64,000 nucleotides of DNA. It comes from Candidatus Marinacidobacterium sp. Its GTDB lineage: Bacteria > Acidobacteriota > Vicinamibacteria > Marinacidobacterales > Marinacidobacteraceae. The position numbers and the translations under genes were made by a program. Position 1 is the stretch's first letter, and each line of letters begins with the position of its first letter. The notes beneath the pieces are model-generated. The model was given only the letters and a program-made list of their open reading frames with translations. It was not told the DNA's origin and did not search any database. The DNA lies in the NCBI GenBank assembly GCA_965220965.1, contig OZ244852.1:2176001-2240000 (forward strand), read 5' to 3'. This document shows positions 27,108-35,952 of the stretch, piece by piece.

Positions 27108-28553
27108 CTACCGGACCAGGGTGAACGGGCGAACCGTCTCGTAGACCTCTTCGCGGTACTGGATCCGTATCCCGAGTTCGTAGCTCCCGGGCGGGAAGTC
27201 CGCCAGCTCGATCTCGGCGTTGGCGGCGGCCTGCTCGGTGGTGGCCGGTAGCCGCTCGGGCCGGATGAAGCCGGTGTCCCGGCCGTCGCGGCGCAGGGTG
27301 TACTCCGCCACGATATCGGGGAGCCCGCCGTCGTCTTCCCGGTCGCCGACGTAGAAGTAGTAGAACGCGCCGAGCGTCTCGGTCTGCCGGAAAACGCCGC
27401 TGGCCCTCGGGTGGAAGTGCGTCCGGCCGAACTGGAAGGCGCGCCCGGGCGCCCCGGCGGCGTACTCCAGGGTGGTCGTCGTCCCGTCATAGAGGACGAC
27501 GGAGGAGAACGCCGGCTCGGAAGCCGGGAACGCGGGCGCCTCGATCTCGATCCCGGCCGTCCCGTAAGCGTCCGACTGCTCGTCCACGACCCCGAGGAGA
27601 AGGCGGCGGGGCCCCGGCGGCACAACGAGCGAGGCCTCCAGCCGGGCGGTGGCCCCGGCCGGAACGAGTCCGGTGTGGGCCGCTTCCCAGCGGAAGACGC
27701 CGCCGCCGGGAGGCCCCTCCTCAGCCCGGGCGGCCTCCGCGTCCACCGCGTGGGCGAACACCGAGAGCGCGGCCTGGCCGTCGGTCCCGACGGCGAAGGC
27801 GTCGGCTTCCGCCTCGAAGAGGAGCGCCACGTAGGTCGCGTCATCGGCCTCGCGGAAGTAGGCCGGAGTCACCCGAAAGCCGATTCCGGAGGTCTGCGGC
27901 GACTGGACGAGGTCCCGAAGCACCCTCCGCGCCCGGTCGGAGCCGCCGGCGGGGAGGTTCGGGACGATGAGGCGGCCCGAAGGGTCGTGCTCGAATCCGA
28001 TCTCCGGGCGGGTGATGAGGCGGCGGCGCATGTCTTCGAGCGCCGCATCCACCGCGTCCCGGTTCTCCAGCCACAGGCTTCCGTCCTCGTCCCGCCGGTA
28101 CTGGGCCTCGAGGTCCCCGGCGAGCCCGCTGGCCGGGTCGGCCCGGTAGACCCACAGCAGGCCCTCGAGCGCGCTCTCGGTCGCGGGCTGGGGCAGGGCC
28201 GAGACCGGCATCCCGAGAAGGACGAACACCCGGGCGCGATCCCCGCCGCCGTAGCCGCCGTCGGCGCTGAAGGTGCGATCGGCGAGCCGCACCCGCGCCA
28301 GGTAGTGATCGAGGGTCTCGTTGGCGGCGGTCTCCGGGACCGGATCGCGGCGCATCCAGAACAACCGCCGGAACGCGGCGCGATCATCGGCGCCGACGGC
28401 GCGCACGTAGACCCGGCGCTCCTCCGAGGTCATGAGGAACGACTCGAGCCAGCCCAGCTCGGTCGGGGACGGGCGGTCGCCCTGGGCGAAAGCGCCCGGG
28501 GCTTCCGCGAAGACGAGCGCAGCCAGCGCGAAGGCGGCGACGGACTGGCGCAT
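27108..28553 (-). CDS. GWxTD domain-containing protein (divergent motif)
   Basis: Signal peptide, LMTSEER, FWMRRDP.P.TAANE, DRARVFVLLG.P; C-terminal Ig-like PPGSYELGI. Confidence 0.8.
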   Translation of the reverse strand: MRQSVAAFALAALVFAEAPGAFAQGDRPSPTELGWLESFLMTSEERRVYVRAVGADDRAAFRRLFWMRRDPVPETAANETLDHYLARVRLADRTFSADGGYGGGDRARVFVLLGMPVSALPQPATESALEGLLWVYRADPASGLAGDLEAQYRRDEDGSLWLENRDAVDAALEDMRRRLITRPEIGFEHDPSGRLIVPNLPAGGSDRARRVLRDLVQSPQTSGIGFRVTPAYFREADDATYVALLFEAEADAFAVGTDGQAALSVFAHAVDAEAARAEEGPPGGGVFRWEAAHTGLVPAGATARLEASLVVPPGPRRLLLGVVDEQSDAYGTAGIEIEAPAFPASEPAFSSVVLYDGTTTTLEYAAGAPGRAFQFGRTHFHPRASGVFRQTETLGAFYYFYVGDREDDGGLPDIVAEYTLRRDGRDTGFIRPERLPATTEQAAANAEIELADFPPGSYELGIRIQYREEVYETVRPFTLVR

Positions 28554-28608
28554 GCGGCCAGACTAGCGCGGCATCAGCGCGGCTCTTCGGACCGGTACGA
28601 TCCCGCTC

Positions 28609-29859
28609 ATGGAGGGCTTCGCGCTCGCTCGGGGAGGTCCGCCACCCGAGCCGGCGCCGGCGTGGCCCGGCTCGCCTTCGGAGAGCGAGACGCTCCTCGA
28701 AGAGCTCGACGCGCGGACGCGTCGGGGGGAGCTGGAGCGCGGCGCGACCGAAGGCGTTCCCGCCTTTCGGGGGGAGTTCTGGACCGCCCGGCAGCGGCAG
28801 GCGCACCGCATCCACGAGGTGAGTTACCGGGCCTGCTTCAAGCCGCAGCTTCCCCGTTTCTTCATCGAGCGGCTCAGCCGTCCCGGAGAGGTCGTCTACG
28901 ACCCGTTCCTGGGCCGGGGGACGACGGCGGTGGAGGCGGCGCTGCTCGGCCGGACGCCCTTCGGAAACGACGTGAACCCGCTGAGCCGGGCGTTCGCCGA
29001 GCCGCGCGTTCACAGCCCGGCGCTCTCCGAAGTCGAGCGGCGACTCGAGGAGATCCCGTGGGACGCCTTCCGGACCGTGGAGCGCGAGGACCTTCTGGCC
29101 TTCTACCACCCGGACACGCTGGCGGAGGTCGAGGGCCTGCGCGGCTGGCTTCTCGGACGCGAGCGGGAGGGCGAACTCGACCAGGTCGACCGCTGGATCC
29201 GGATGGTCGCGCTGAACCGCCTCACCGGCCACTCCTCGGGGTTCTTCTCGGTCTACACCCTCCCTCCGAACCAGGCGGTCTCGGTGGAGCGGCAGCGGCG
29301 GATCAACGACCGGCGCGGTCAGACGCCCCCGCGTCGGGATGTCCGTCTCCGCATCGCTAGGAAGTCCCGGAGCCTGCTCGGCAGGGGCGCTCCCGACGTC
29401 CGGCGGAGCCTGTTCCTGACCGGCCCTGCGGACCGGACCCCCCGGATCCGGGCCAATTCGGTCGCGCTGGTCGTGACCTCGCCGCCGTTCCTGGACGTGG
29501 TCCACTACGCCGCCGACAACTGGCTTCGCTGGTGGTTCCTCGGCGTGGACCCGGAGGCGGTCCCGATCACCCGGCTCCGGAACCTGGAGGCGTGGCGCGC
29601 CTTCATCCGGTCGACGCTCGTCGAACTGAGCCGCGTTCTCCGGCCCGGCGGGCGCATCGCCTTCGAGGTCGGGGAGGTGCGGAAGGGAACGGTCCGCCTC
29701 GAGGAGACGGTGATCCGGGCCGCCCGCGGCCTGGCGCTCGAACCGGTCGCGGTCCTGCACCACCAGCAGCGGTTCACCAAGACCGCGAACTGCTGGGGCG
29801 TCTCGAACAACCGAAGCGGCACGAACAGCCAGCGCATCGTGGTGTTCCGCCGGATCTGA
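28609..29859 (+). CDS. Solitary site-specific DNA methyltransferase (N4-C/N6-A type)
   Basis: HEVSYRACFKPQLP, VYDPFLGRGTT (motif I), LVVTSPPF (motif IV), RVLRPGG. Confidence 0.85.
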   Translation: MEGFALARGGPPPEPAPAWPGSPSESETLLEELDARTRRGELERGATEGVPAFRGEFWTARQRQAHRIHEVSYRACFKPQLPRFFIERLSRPGEVVYDPFLGRGTTAVEAALLGRTPFGNDVNPLSRAFAEPRVHSPALSEVERRLEEIPWDAFRTVEREDLLAFYHPDTLAEVEGLRGWLLGREREGELDQVDRWIRMVALNRLTGHSSGFFSVYTLPPNQAVSVERQRRINDRRGQTPPRRDVRLRIARKSRSLLGRGAPDVRRSLFLTGPADRTPRIRANSVALVVTSPPFLDVVHYAADNWLRWWFLGVDPEAVPITRLRNLEAWRAFIRSTLVELSRVLRPGGRIAFEVGEVRKGTVRLEETVIRAARGLALEPVAVLHHQQRFTKTANCWGVSNNRSGTNSQRIVVFRRI

Positions 29860-29903
29860 CACCCGGCAGGCGCCGGATCTCCGGTGGTAATCTGCAGGGC
29901 GCG

Positions 29904-30344
29904 ATGTTGAGACGGAGCTTTCTCGGAACGTTGGGGATCCTTGTAACCCGCGCCGCCCTTGGCCGGGCGGACACAAGGGAAGTCGTCGTCGAGGGTCGCG
30001 CCGTGTGCCTGAAGGACGGCGTCCCGGGCCCGGTGGACGGCTGCGCCTACGGAGACCCGTTCGCGATCGAGGCGGACGACGGCGTGATCCATCCGCTGGA
30101 CCCCGCCGACCTTCGAGTCGAGATCCTGACGGATGAGCGGGTGACCCGGCACCCCCTCGAGGTGACGCTCTTCGTCGAGGACGGGATCGGCAAGATCCTG
30201 CACCTCCACACGATCCAGGACGGCGAGCGGATCGAGCCCTACTACTTCTGCTTCACCTGCAACATCACGTCGCATCTCCCGGGACCCTGCTGGTGCTGCC
30301 AGCAGGAGTTCGACTTCATGGAGCGACCGGCCCGGCGCGGGTAG
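29904..30344 (+). CDS. Tat-exported small protein with C-terminal CxxC..CxCC metal-binding motif
   Basis: MLRRSFLG signal; YYFCFTCNITSHLPGPCWCCQ. Confidence 0.75.
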   Translation: MLRRSFLGTLGILVTRAALGRADTREVVVEGRAVCLKDGVPGPVDGCAYGDPFAIEADDGVIHPLDPADLRVEILTDERVTRHPLEVTLFVEDGIGKILHLHTIQDGERIEPYYFCFTCNITSHLPGPCWCCQQEFDFMERPARRG

Positions 30345-30389
30345 GTCGGGCCGGCCCAGGGACGCGGCTCGTCCGGTCCGGCGGCGCTT

Positions 30390-32576
30390 CTATCCCGGGA
30401 CCCAGTACCAGGTGAGCTTCAGGATGAGGTCCCTGGTCTTGGCCACATCGGCGGAGTCGAACCCGTACGGACGCCGGTCGTTGTAGACCAGATAGAGGTC
30501 GCTGCCCGGACGCCAGGTCCAGCGGAACTGCACGTTCGCTGAGAAGTCCCCGTCGTCGTCGTTCCACTGGAGAAGGGCCCGGACGAAGGCGTCCGGTGAG
30601 AGCGCGGCCAGCGCCCGCAGCACGATCAGGTTCGTGTTGAAGTCGCCGCCTTCCTGGGGAAGCCGGATCTCGTTCCGCGAGTAGTTCACCTGGAGCCGCA
30701 GCCGCGGATGGGGGCGGACGGCGACGCCCGGGGAGAGGATGCGCAGCCGGCCATCGAAGAAGCCGCTGTTCATCGCAAAGAGATTCAGCGAGACCCGACG
30801 GCTGCGTGAGGTCTCGGCCATCGTCATGAACCTGGTGTTCCAGTACTCGCCGTCGTCGATCACGACCCCGTCGCGGAGCTCGAAGGAGCTGTCGAGCCCT
30901 TCGACCTCCCGCCCCACGTTGAAGAAGAAACTGCTGCCGTCTTCGAACAGGAAGTAGGGGCCGGTCTCGATCGCTCCGCTCTGGACGGTTCCATCCGGAT
31001 CGGTGATCCACACGAAACCGGAGCCCATGAAGATCTGGCGGATGCCGAAGCGTCCGGGACGGGGCTTGAACATGGCGTTCCCCATCACCTTGCGGATGCC
31101 GCTCCGAGGCACGTACCCCATGGGCGAATCGAAGTCCTCGCCGATGTGGACATAGTCCGCGTAGGCCCCCCACAGGTCGTTCACCGCCTCGGCGTGGAGC
31201 CCGAGCGCGGCGCTGTCCGAGGCCGATCCAGCCGCTCCGTCGGGCGCCGAAGCCCGGGCGACGAACCCGCTGACCCGGGAGAACTCGTTCGCCGCCCACG
31301 AGAAGTCCGCGGCGGCGACGCGGTGGGACAGGCCCCCGACTTCCGTCCGGTCCAGCGCGAGGACGCCGACGGAACTGCGGTCGAGCACATCGCGCCGCAG
31401 GCGGATCGCCGAGAACCCGGTGGCCGGGGACGCGCCGGCGACTTCCTGCTGGCGGATGTGGAACGCGCCCACATCGGTGGCGCCCAGCTTGCCGGTGATG
31501 CGGGCGCCGCCCAGGATCGGCACGATGTCGCCGTCCTCGGAGAGGCCGATGCGGCGGCTGAAGAAGAGCAGCGTCTGGGGCGGGTCGAAGGGCTGGGTGA
31601 CCTCACCGACCTGGAACAGTCCGGCGTTCTCGAGGAAGAACTCCCGCTGCTCGGGGAAGAAGAGCTCGAAGCGGGTCAGGTTCACCTGCTGCTCGTCGGC
31701 CTCGACCTGGGCGAAGTCGGTGTTCATGGTCAGGTCGAGGTTCAGATTGGGGCCGAGCGCGACCTTCGCATCCAGACCGAGGTCGCCGCCGTTGTCCCGC
31801 TCCTCCACGCCGCCGGTCGAGTGGGCCACGCCGAACGGCTTCAGCTTCACCCGGCCGCCGGGCTGCGCCGGACCGAGACCCTCGAGCTCGCCGTACGCCG
31901 AGACCCGCCAGCGCGCGTTGAAGCCCCAGTCATTGCTGATCTCGGCCCACCAGCTCGCCTCGCGGGTGCGGGCCACGCTGCGCCCGAAGTTCAACCCGAA
32001 CCGGGTGGCTCCCGAGGGGAACCGCAGCGTCTCGAACGGGATGACCATCTCGGTGCTCCACCCGTCGTCGGTGCGGCGCGAGCCCGCCTCCCAGACGCCG
32101 TCCCACTCGTTGTTCACGCTCGCTCCCTCGTTCTGGACGAGCCCGTCGAGCCGCGTGCCGACGGCGTTCGTCGAGAAGAAGAAGGCGTTGCGCTGGTCGT
32201 GGTAGGTGTCGAGCGCGACCGTGAAGTTGTCGTCGCTCTCGAGGTCGGAGTCCCGCCGGTACTCGCGGGCCACGACCGCCGCCGGGTCCGGGTCCGAAAG
32301 ACGCGCCGCGATCAGCAGGGCGTCCCTCGTCATCGCGACCAGAACCTCGGTGGGGAACGTCGCGGGCTCGCCCTGGCGGGGCTCCTCCTGTACGAAGCCG
32401 GACACGGTCGCCGCCAACCGCCAGACTTCATCATCGAGCACTCCGTCCACGACCGGCGCCTCCTCGACGAGCGGCGCCGCGACGACGCGGTCGGCGCCTT
32501 CCTCGCCTCGGGCGCCGGGCGCCGCGGCCAGGACCCCGGGAACGGCCAGGAGGGCGAGCGCCCGGCGAACGTTCAT
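30390..32576 (-). CDS. DUF5916/CBM9-like domain outer-membrane protein (paralog 2)
   Basis: MNVRRALALL signal, PVVDGVLDD..W, NTDFAQVEADEQQVNLTRFELFFPEQREFFLE; ATGA overlap with the ccmB stop. Confidence 0.85.
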   Translation of the reverse strand: MNVRRALALLAVPGVLAAAPGARGEEGADRVVAAPLVEEAPVVDGVLDDEVWRLAATVSGFVQEEPRQGEPATFPTEVLVAMTRDALLIAARLSDPDPAAVVAREYRRDSDLESDDNFTVALDTYHDQRNAFFFSTNAVGTRLDGLVQNEGASVNNEWDGVWEAGSRRTDDGWSTEMVIPFETLRFPSGATRFGLNFGRSVARTREASWWAEISNDWGFNARWRVSAYGELEGLGPAQPGGRVKLKPFGVAHSTGGVEERDNGGDLGLDAKVALGPNLNLDLTMNTDFAQVEADEQQVNLTRFELFFPEQREFFLENAGLFQVGEVTQPFDPPQTLLFFSRRIGLSEDGDIVPILGGARITGKLGATDVGAFHIRQQEVAGASPATGFSAIRLRRDVLDRSSVGVLALDRTEVGGLSHRVAAADFSWAANEFSRVSGFVARASAPDGAAGSASDSAALGLHAEAVNDLWGAYADYVHIGEDFDSPMGYVPRSGIRKVMGNAMFKPRPGRFGIRQIFMGSGFVWITDPDGTVQSGAIETGPYFLFEDGSSFFFNVGREVEGLDSSFELRDGVVIDDGEYWNTRFMTMAETSRSRRVSLNLFAMNSGFFDGRLRILSPGVAVRPHPRLRLQVNYSRNEIRLPQEGGDFNTNLIVLRALAALSPDAFVRALLQWNDDDGDFSANVQFRWTWRPGSDLYLVYNDRRPYGFDSADVAKTRDLILKLTWYWVPG

Positions 32577-33252
32577 TCCTCGAGCACCGACTCGAAGACC
32601 ATCGCCGAGACCGCGACGAAGGCGGTCGCCGCGAGCAGCAGGAACCGGACGGCGTCGAACACCGGCTCGCCCGACACCGCCGCGCGCGCGCCGGTCACCC
32701 CGGCGATCAGCAGCGGGGCCGCCAGCGGAAAGAGCAGCAGCGGCAGCAGGACTTCGCGGACCGGCGTCGAGGCGCAGATCGCCGCCACCGTGACGCCGAG
32801 CGCGAGAAAGGACAGCGAACCGCACAGGAAGACGCATCCGAGGATGACAAGACCCCATACGCCGCGGCCGCCGTCGAGGTTCGCGGCGAAGAGAACTTCG
32901 TAGAGCAGGATGACCGGGATCTGCACCGCGAAAAGGACGAGCGTCCCGGAGAGCAGCTGCCGAAATAGATCGCGGAGCGGTCGGTCGGCCCCAGCATCAG
33001 GCCGTGGATCGCCATCGCCTCGGTCTCGGGCGCGAAGCTGCGGTAGAGGCCGAGGGTTCCCGCGAACAGGAAGGCCACCCAAAGCACTCCGGGCGCGAAG
33101 TCCCCGGCCTGCGCCCCGTCGAGACCCACGGCGAAGTGCATCACGAGGAGCACGAGGGCGGAGAACAGCAGCATGGCCGGGACCCGTTCCCGCGAGCGGA
33201 GCTCGCGGAGCAGGTCCTGGAGGGCGATGGCGGCGACGGCCCGGAGGAACAT
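32573..33252 (-). pseudogene. ccmB: Heme exporter protein B, frameshifted (1-nt deletion near 32958; may be a sequencing error)
   Basis: The N-half (MFLRAVAAIALQDLLRELRSRE..APGVLWVAFLFAG..IYFG) and C-half (LLSG..REVLLPLLLFPLAAPLL) are in different frames; span is 680 nt; GGC AG CTG appears where GGC AAG CTG is expected. Confidence 0.85.
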
Positions 33253-33956
33253 CAGGGAGCGCCTCCGGCGGACGCGTCCCGATACAGGCGGCGGGCCCGG
33301 TCGCGATCGGTCGCCGGGCCCTCGTGGATCACCCGGCCCCGCCTCAGGATCACGAAACGATCGGCCGCGGCGAGGCCGCGATCGAGGTCGTGGGTCGCGC
33401 TCACGACCGCCGCCCCCCGTTCCCGCGCCTCCTCGAGGCGGACCAGCAGTCGCTCTCCGGCGGCGGCGTCGAGCCCGGTGAAGGGCTCGTCGAGGAGGAG
33501 CAGGTCCGGGTTGTGGAGCAGCGCGCGCGCCAGGGTGGCGCGCTGCGCGGTCCCCCGCGAGAGGTGGCGGGCCGGCGCGTCCGCCACCGCGAGCAGCCCG
33601 TGCCGCTCGAGCGCCTCGTCGAGATCGCAACCGGCGCTGTGAAGGCGGCGGTGGAACCGCAGGTTCTCCCGCACGGTGAGCTCGGGATAGAGGAGCGAGT
33701 GGTGGGAGGCGAAGCCGATCCATGCCCGGGCCCCGGGAAACGCGCTCGCCGCCGGGACGCCGCGGTAGCGCAGCTCACCGGATGTCGGACGGGCCAGGCT
33801 CGCGGCCAGCCGCAGGAGCGTCGTCTTCCCGGCGCCGTTCGGCCCCAGCAGGCAGACGCTCTCTCCCGGCGCGACCTGAAGACTGACTCCGTCCACCGCG
33901 GGCAGACCGCGGAAGCGGCGCGTGAGGCGTTCCGCCTCGAAGACGGGAACGGCCAC
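33252..33956 (-). CDS. ccmA: Heme ABC exporter ATP-binding protein
   Basis: GPNGAGKTT, LSRG..QR, LLLDEPFTGLD; located in the ccm operon. Confidence 0.88.
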   Translation of the reverse strand: MAVPVFEAERLTRRFRGLPAVDGVSLQVAPGESVCLLGPNGAGKTTLLRLAASLARPTSGELRYRGVPAASAFPGARAWIGFASHHSLLYPELTVRENLRFHRRLHSAGCDLDEALERHGLLAVADAPARHLSRGTAQRATLARALLHNPDLLLLDEPFTGLDAAAGERLLVRLEEARERGAAVVSATHDLDRGLAAADRFVILRRGRVIHEGPATDRDRARRLYRDASAGGAP

Positions 33957-33973
33957 GGTCCGCCGCGAGGCGG

Positions 33974-35113
33974 TCAGCTCCCGGCGTTCCCGCCGGAATC
34001 CGCCTCGTTCGCCGCCCGGGCCCGGGAACCGGAGGCCCCACCGGGGCCGGAGAGGCTCCGGTGGAGCAGTCCGAAACCAAGCGCCGCCGCCATGAGCAGC
34101 GCGATCGCCCACTTGGAAGCGAGCGTCGGATCGGGCAGGCGGCCGACCGTCCCCACCTGCGACCCGTCAGGCGCCGGGGTCTCCACCGGCGGGAGAGCTC
34201 CGCCCCGGCCGATGTCGCCGGCCTCCGCCGGAGTCGAGCCGCCGCGAAACACCAGACGGACCGCCTCCCCGGCCGCGACATCGAACTTGCGCGCCGCCGT
34301 GAGGCCCGCGGCGTCGTCCGGACCCAGGATCTCCCAGCCGGGGGGAGCGCCCGGCGGGAGCTCGAGGAAGATGTCCGGTGGGGAAGCCAGGAGCATGACC
34401 TCCGGGCTGTCGCGCGGCGCCACGAGTTGCGCCTCGTGCCGTTCTCCCTCGTAGGAGACCTCGTAGTTCAGGAGGACCTCGGTCTCTCCCGGCTTGAAGG
34501 CGGTGCGGACCGCCCAGGATCCGTCGTCCCCCACGGGAAACGGGCTCTGCGGCACCGGCATCCCGGTGGCTCCGGTGGCGCTCACCGAAGGAAGTCCGCG
34601 GCGCGCGGGTTCCTCCGGGAGACGGAAGCGGAGAGTCTCCTCGTCGGAGACGAACGTCCGGGGCGGATCGGAGCGGTTCTCCACCACGAGGATGTGGTCC
34701 ACCCGGAGCGCGTCCCCCGAGGAGCGCGGCAGCCTGCGGTAGAGCGCCCGCCAGGTCGTCAGTCCGATCTCCGGGGCGCTCCACGCATCGAATGTGTCGT
34801 AGACGGTCAGCTCGACATCGGCGCTTCCATCGGGGCCCAGCCGCACCGGCTGGTTGTAGTTCACCCCGAGGTGGGTGGCCTGGAGCAGCCAGGGACGCGC
34901 CGCCCCCTCGTCGGGGGCCTCCAGAACCGCCTCCGGACCCGCACTCGTCGCCGAGGCGACCGGCTCCATCCCCTCACCCAGCCGATAGAGGGTCAGGAGC
35001 TCCACCGTCGCCGGCGCTCCCGTCGTCCCGTTCACCAGCCGCACCCGGACCGGTCCGGCGAGGGCGGGAGCCGGCGCGAGAACGAGCGTGGCCAGGGCCA
35101 GGACGCGGATCAT
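33974..35113 (-). CDS. Uncharacterised exported, membrane-anchored protein of the ccm operon
   Basis: Signal peptide MIRVLALATLVLAPAPALA, beta-rich body, C-terminal TM; ATGA-coupled to the upstream gene. Confidence 0.75.
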   Translation of the reverse strand: MIRVLALATLVLAPAPALAGPVRVRLVNGTTGAPATVELLTLYRLGEGMEPVASATSAGPEAVLEAPDEGAARPWLLQATHLGVNYNQPVRLGPDGSADVELTVYDTFDAWSAPEIGLTTWRALYRRLPRSSGDALRVDHILVVENRSDPPRTFVSDEETLRFRLPEEPARRGLPSVSATGATGMPVPQSPFPVGDDGSWAVRTAFKPGETEVLLNYEVSYEGERHEAQLVAPRDSPEVMLLASPPDIFLELPPGAPPGWEILGPDDAAGLTAARKFDVAAGEAVRLVFRGGSTPAEAGDIGRGGALPPVETPAPDGSQVGTVGRLPDPTLASKWAIALLMAAALGFGLLHRSLSGPGGASGSRARAANEADSGGNAGS

Positions 35114-35427
35114 GCGGAGGACTCTCCATCCGGGGCCGGACTCCGGCGCGGCGGAGCGCCTCGCTCGTCCAGTTCCTTCGTGACTTCGGCCGCTTCCACC
35201 AGCAGACGGGCGCGGGCGCTTTCGTGCTCGGCGGGCGCCACCTTGCCGGCGTCCCGCTCGAAGTCGAGCTCGGCCAAGGCGAGGACAAGCTGGTCGCGCC
35301 GCTCGACGAGCCGAACCACGGCCGGATCCACCGCCGCCGTCTCCTTCCCGGACTCGGCCCCGAAGACCGGCTGAAGCACCCAGGCGGTCGCCGCCGCCGC
35401 CAGCAGCGCGAGGAGCAGGAGGGTCAC
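35110..35427 (-). CDS. CcmI N-terminal-like small protein
   Basis: N-terminal TM, then LAELDFERDAGKV..EHE..RARL; lies between ccmH and ccmA. Confidence 0.7.
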   Translation of the reverse strand: MTLLLLALLAAAATAWVLQPVFGAESGKETAAVDPAVVRLVERRDQLVLALAELDFERDAGKVAPAEHESARARLLVEAAEVTKELDERGAPPRRSPAPDGESSA

Positions 35428-35460
35428 CGGAATGCTCCCCGCCCGAACCCGTCCGCCGCG

Positions 35461-35952
35461 TTAGCGGATGCGGGCGACGTCCCGTTCGATGCGGGCGGCC
35501 AGCTCGGCCGGAACCTCCGGCGCCGCGGCCTGACGCTCCGCCGCCTCCGATCCGGAGCGCCGCCACTTCCGCAGCACGAAGCCGGCCCCCAGGCCGCCAG
35601 CGAGGAGGATGGCGAACGGGATGACCCATGCGGAGAGGTGGAACCCGGAGGTCGGCGGCGCCGCGAGGATGTGGAGTCCGTAGCGGTCGCGGAACCGGGC
35701 GATGACCTGATCCGCGGTCTCGCCCGCCTGGATCCGTTCGGAGATTTCCTCGCGGATCGGCTCCGAGGAGGGACAGCGGTCCATCGCGCATTCGTGGACC
35801 AGGGCCCGGCACCCGCCGCACTGGCAAACCAGCGCTCGCGCCGCGGTCCGGTACTCCTCGGAGTTGAAGCGCTCCTGGGCGGTGAGGGGCCCGGAAACCG
35901 AGAGGGCGGCGGCGAGCAACGCGCCGCCGAGCCGCAGGCCGAGGCGCCTCAT
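35461..35952 (-). CDS. ccmH: Cytochrome c biogenesis protein CcmH
   Basis: Signal, LVCQCGGC, IREEI..I.AG.T.DQVI..F.DRYG..ILAAPP..GF..AWVIP; ATGA overlap with ccmF. Confidence 0.85.
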   Translation of the reverse strand: MRRLGLRLGGALLAAALSVSGPLTAQERFNSEEYRTAARALVCQCGGCRALVHECAMDRCPSSEPIREEISERIQAGETADQVIARFRDRYGLHILAAPPTSGFHLSAWVIPFAILLAGGLGAGFVLRKWRRSGSEAAERQAAAPEVPAELAARIERDVARIR

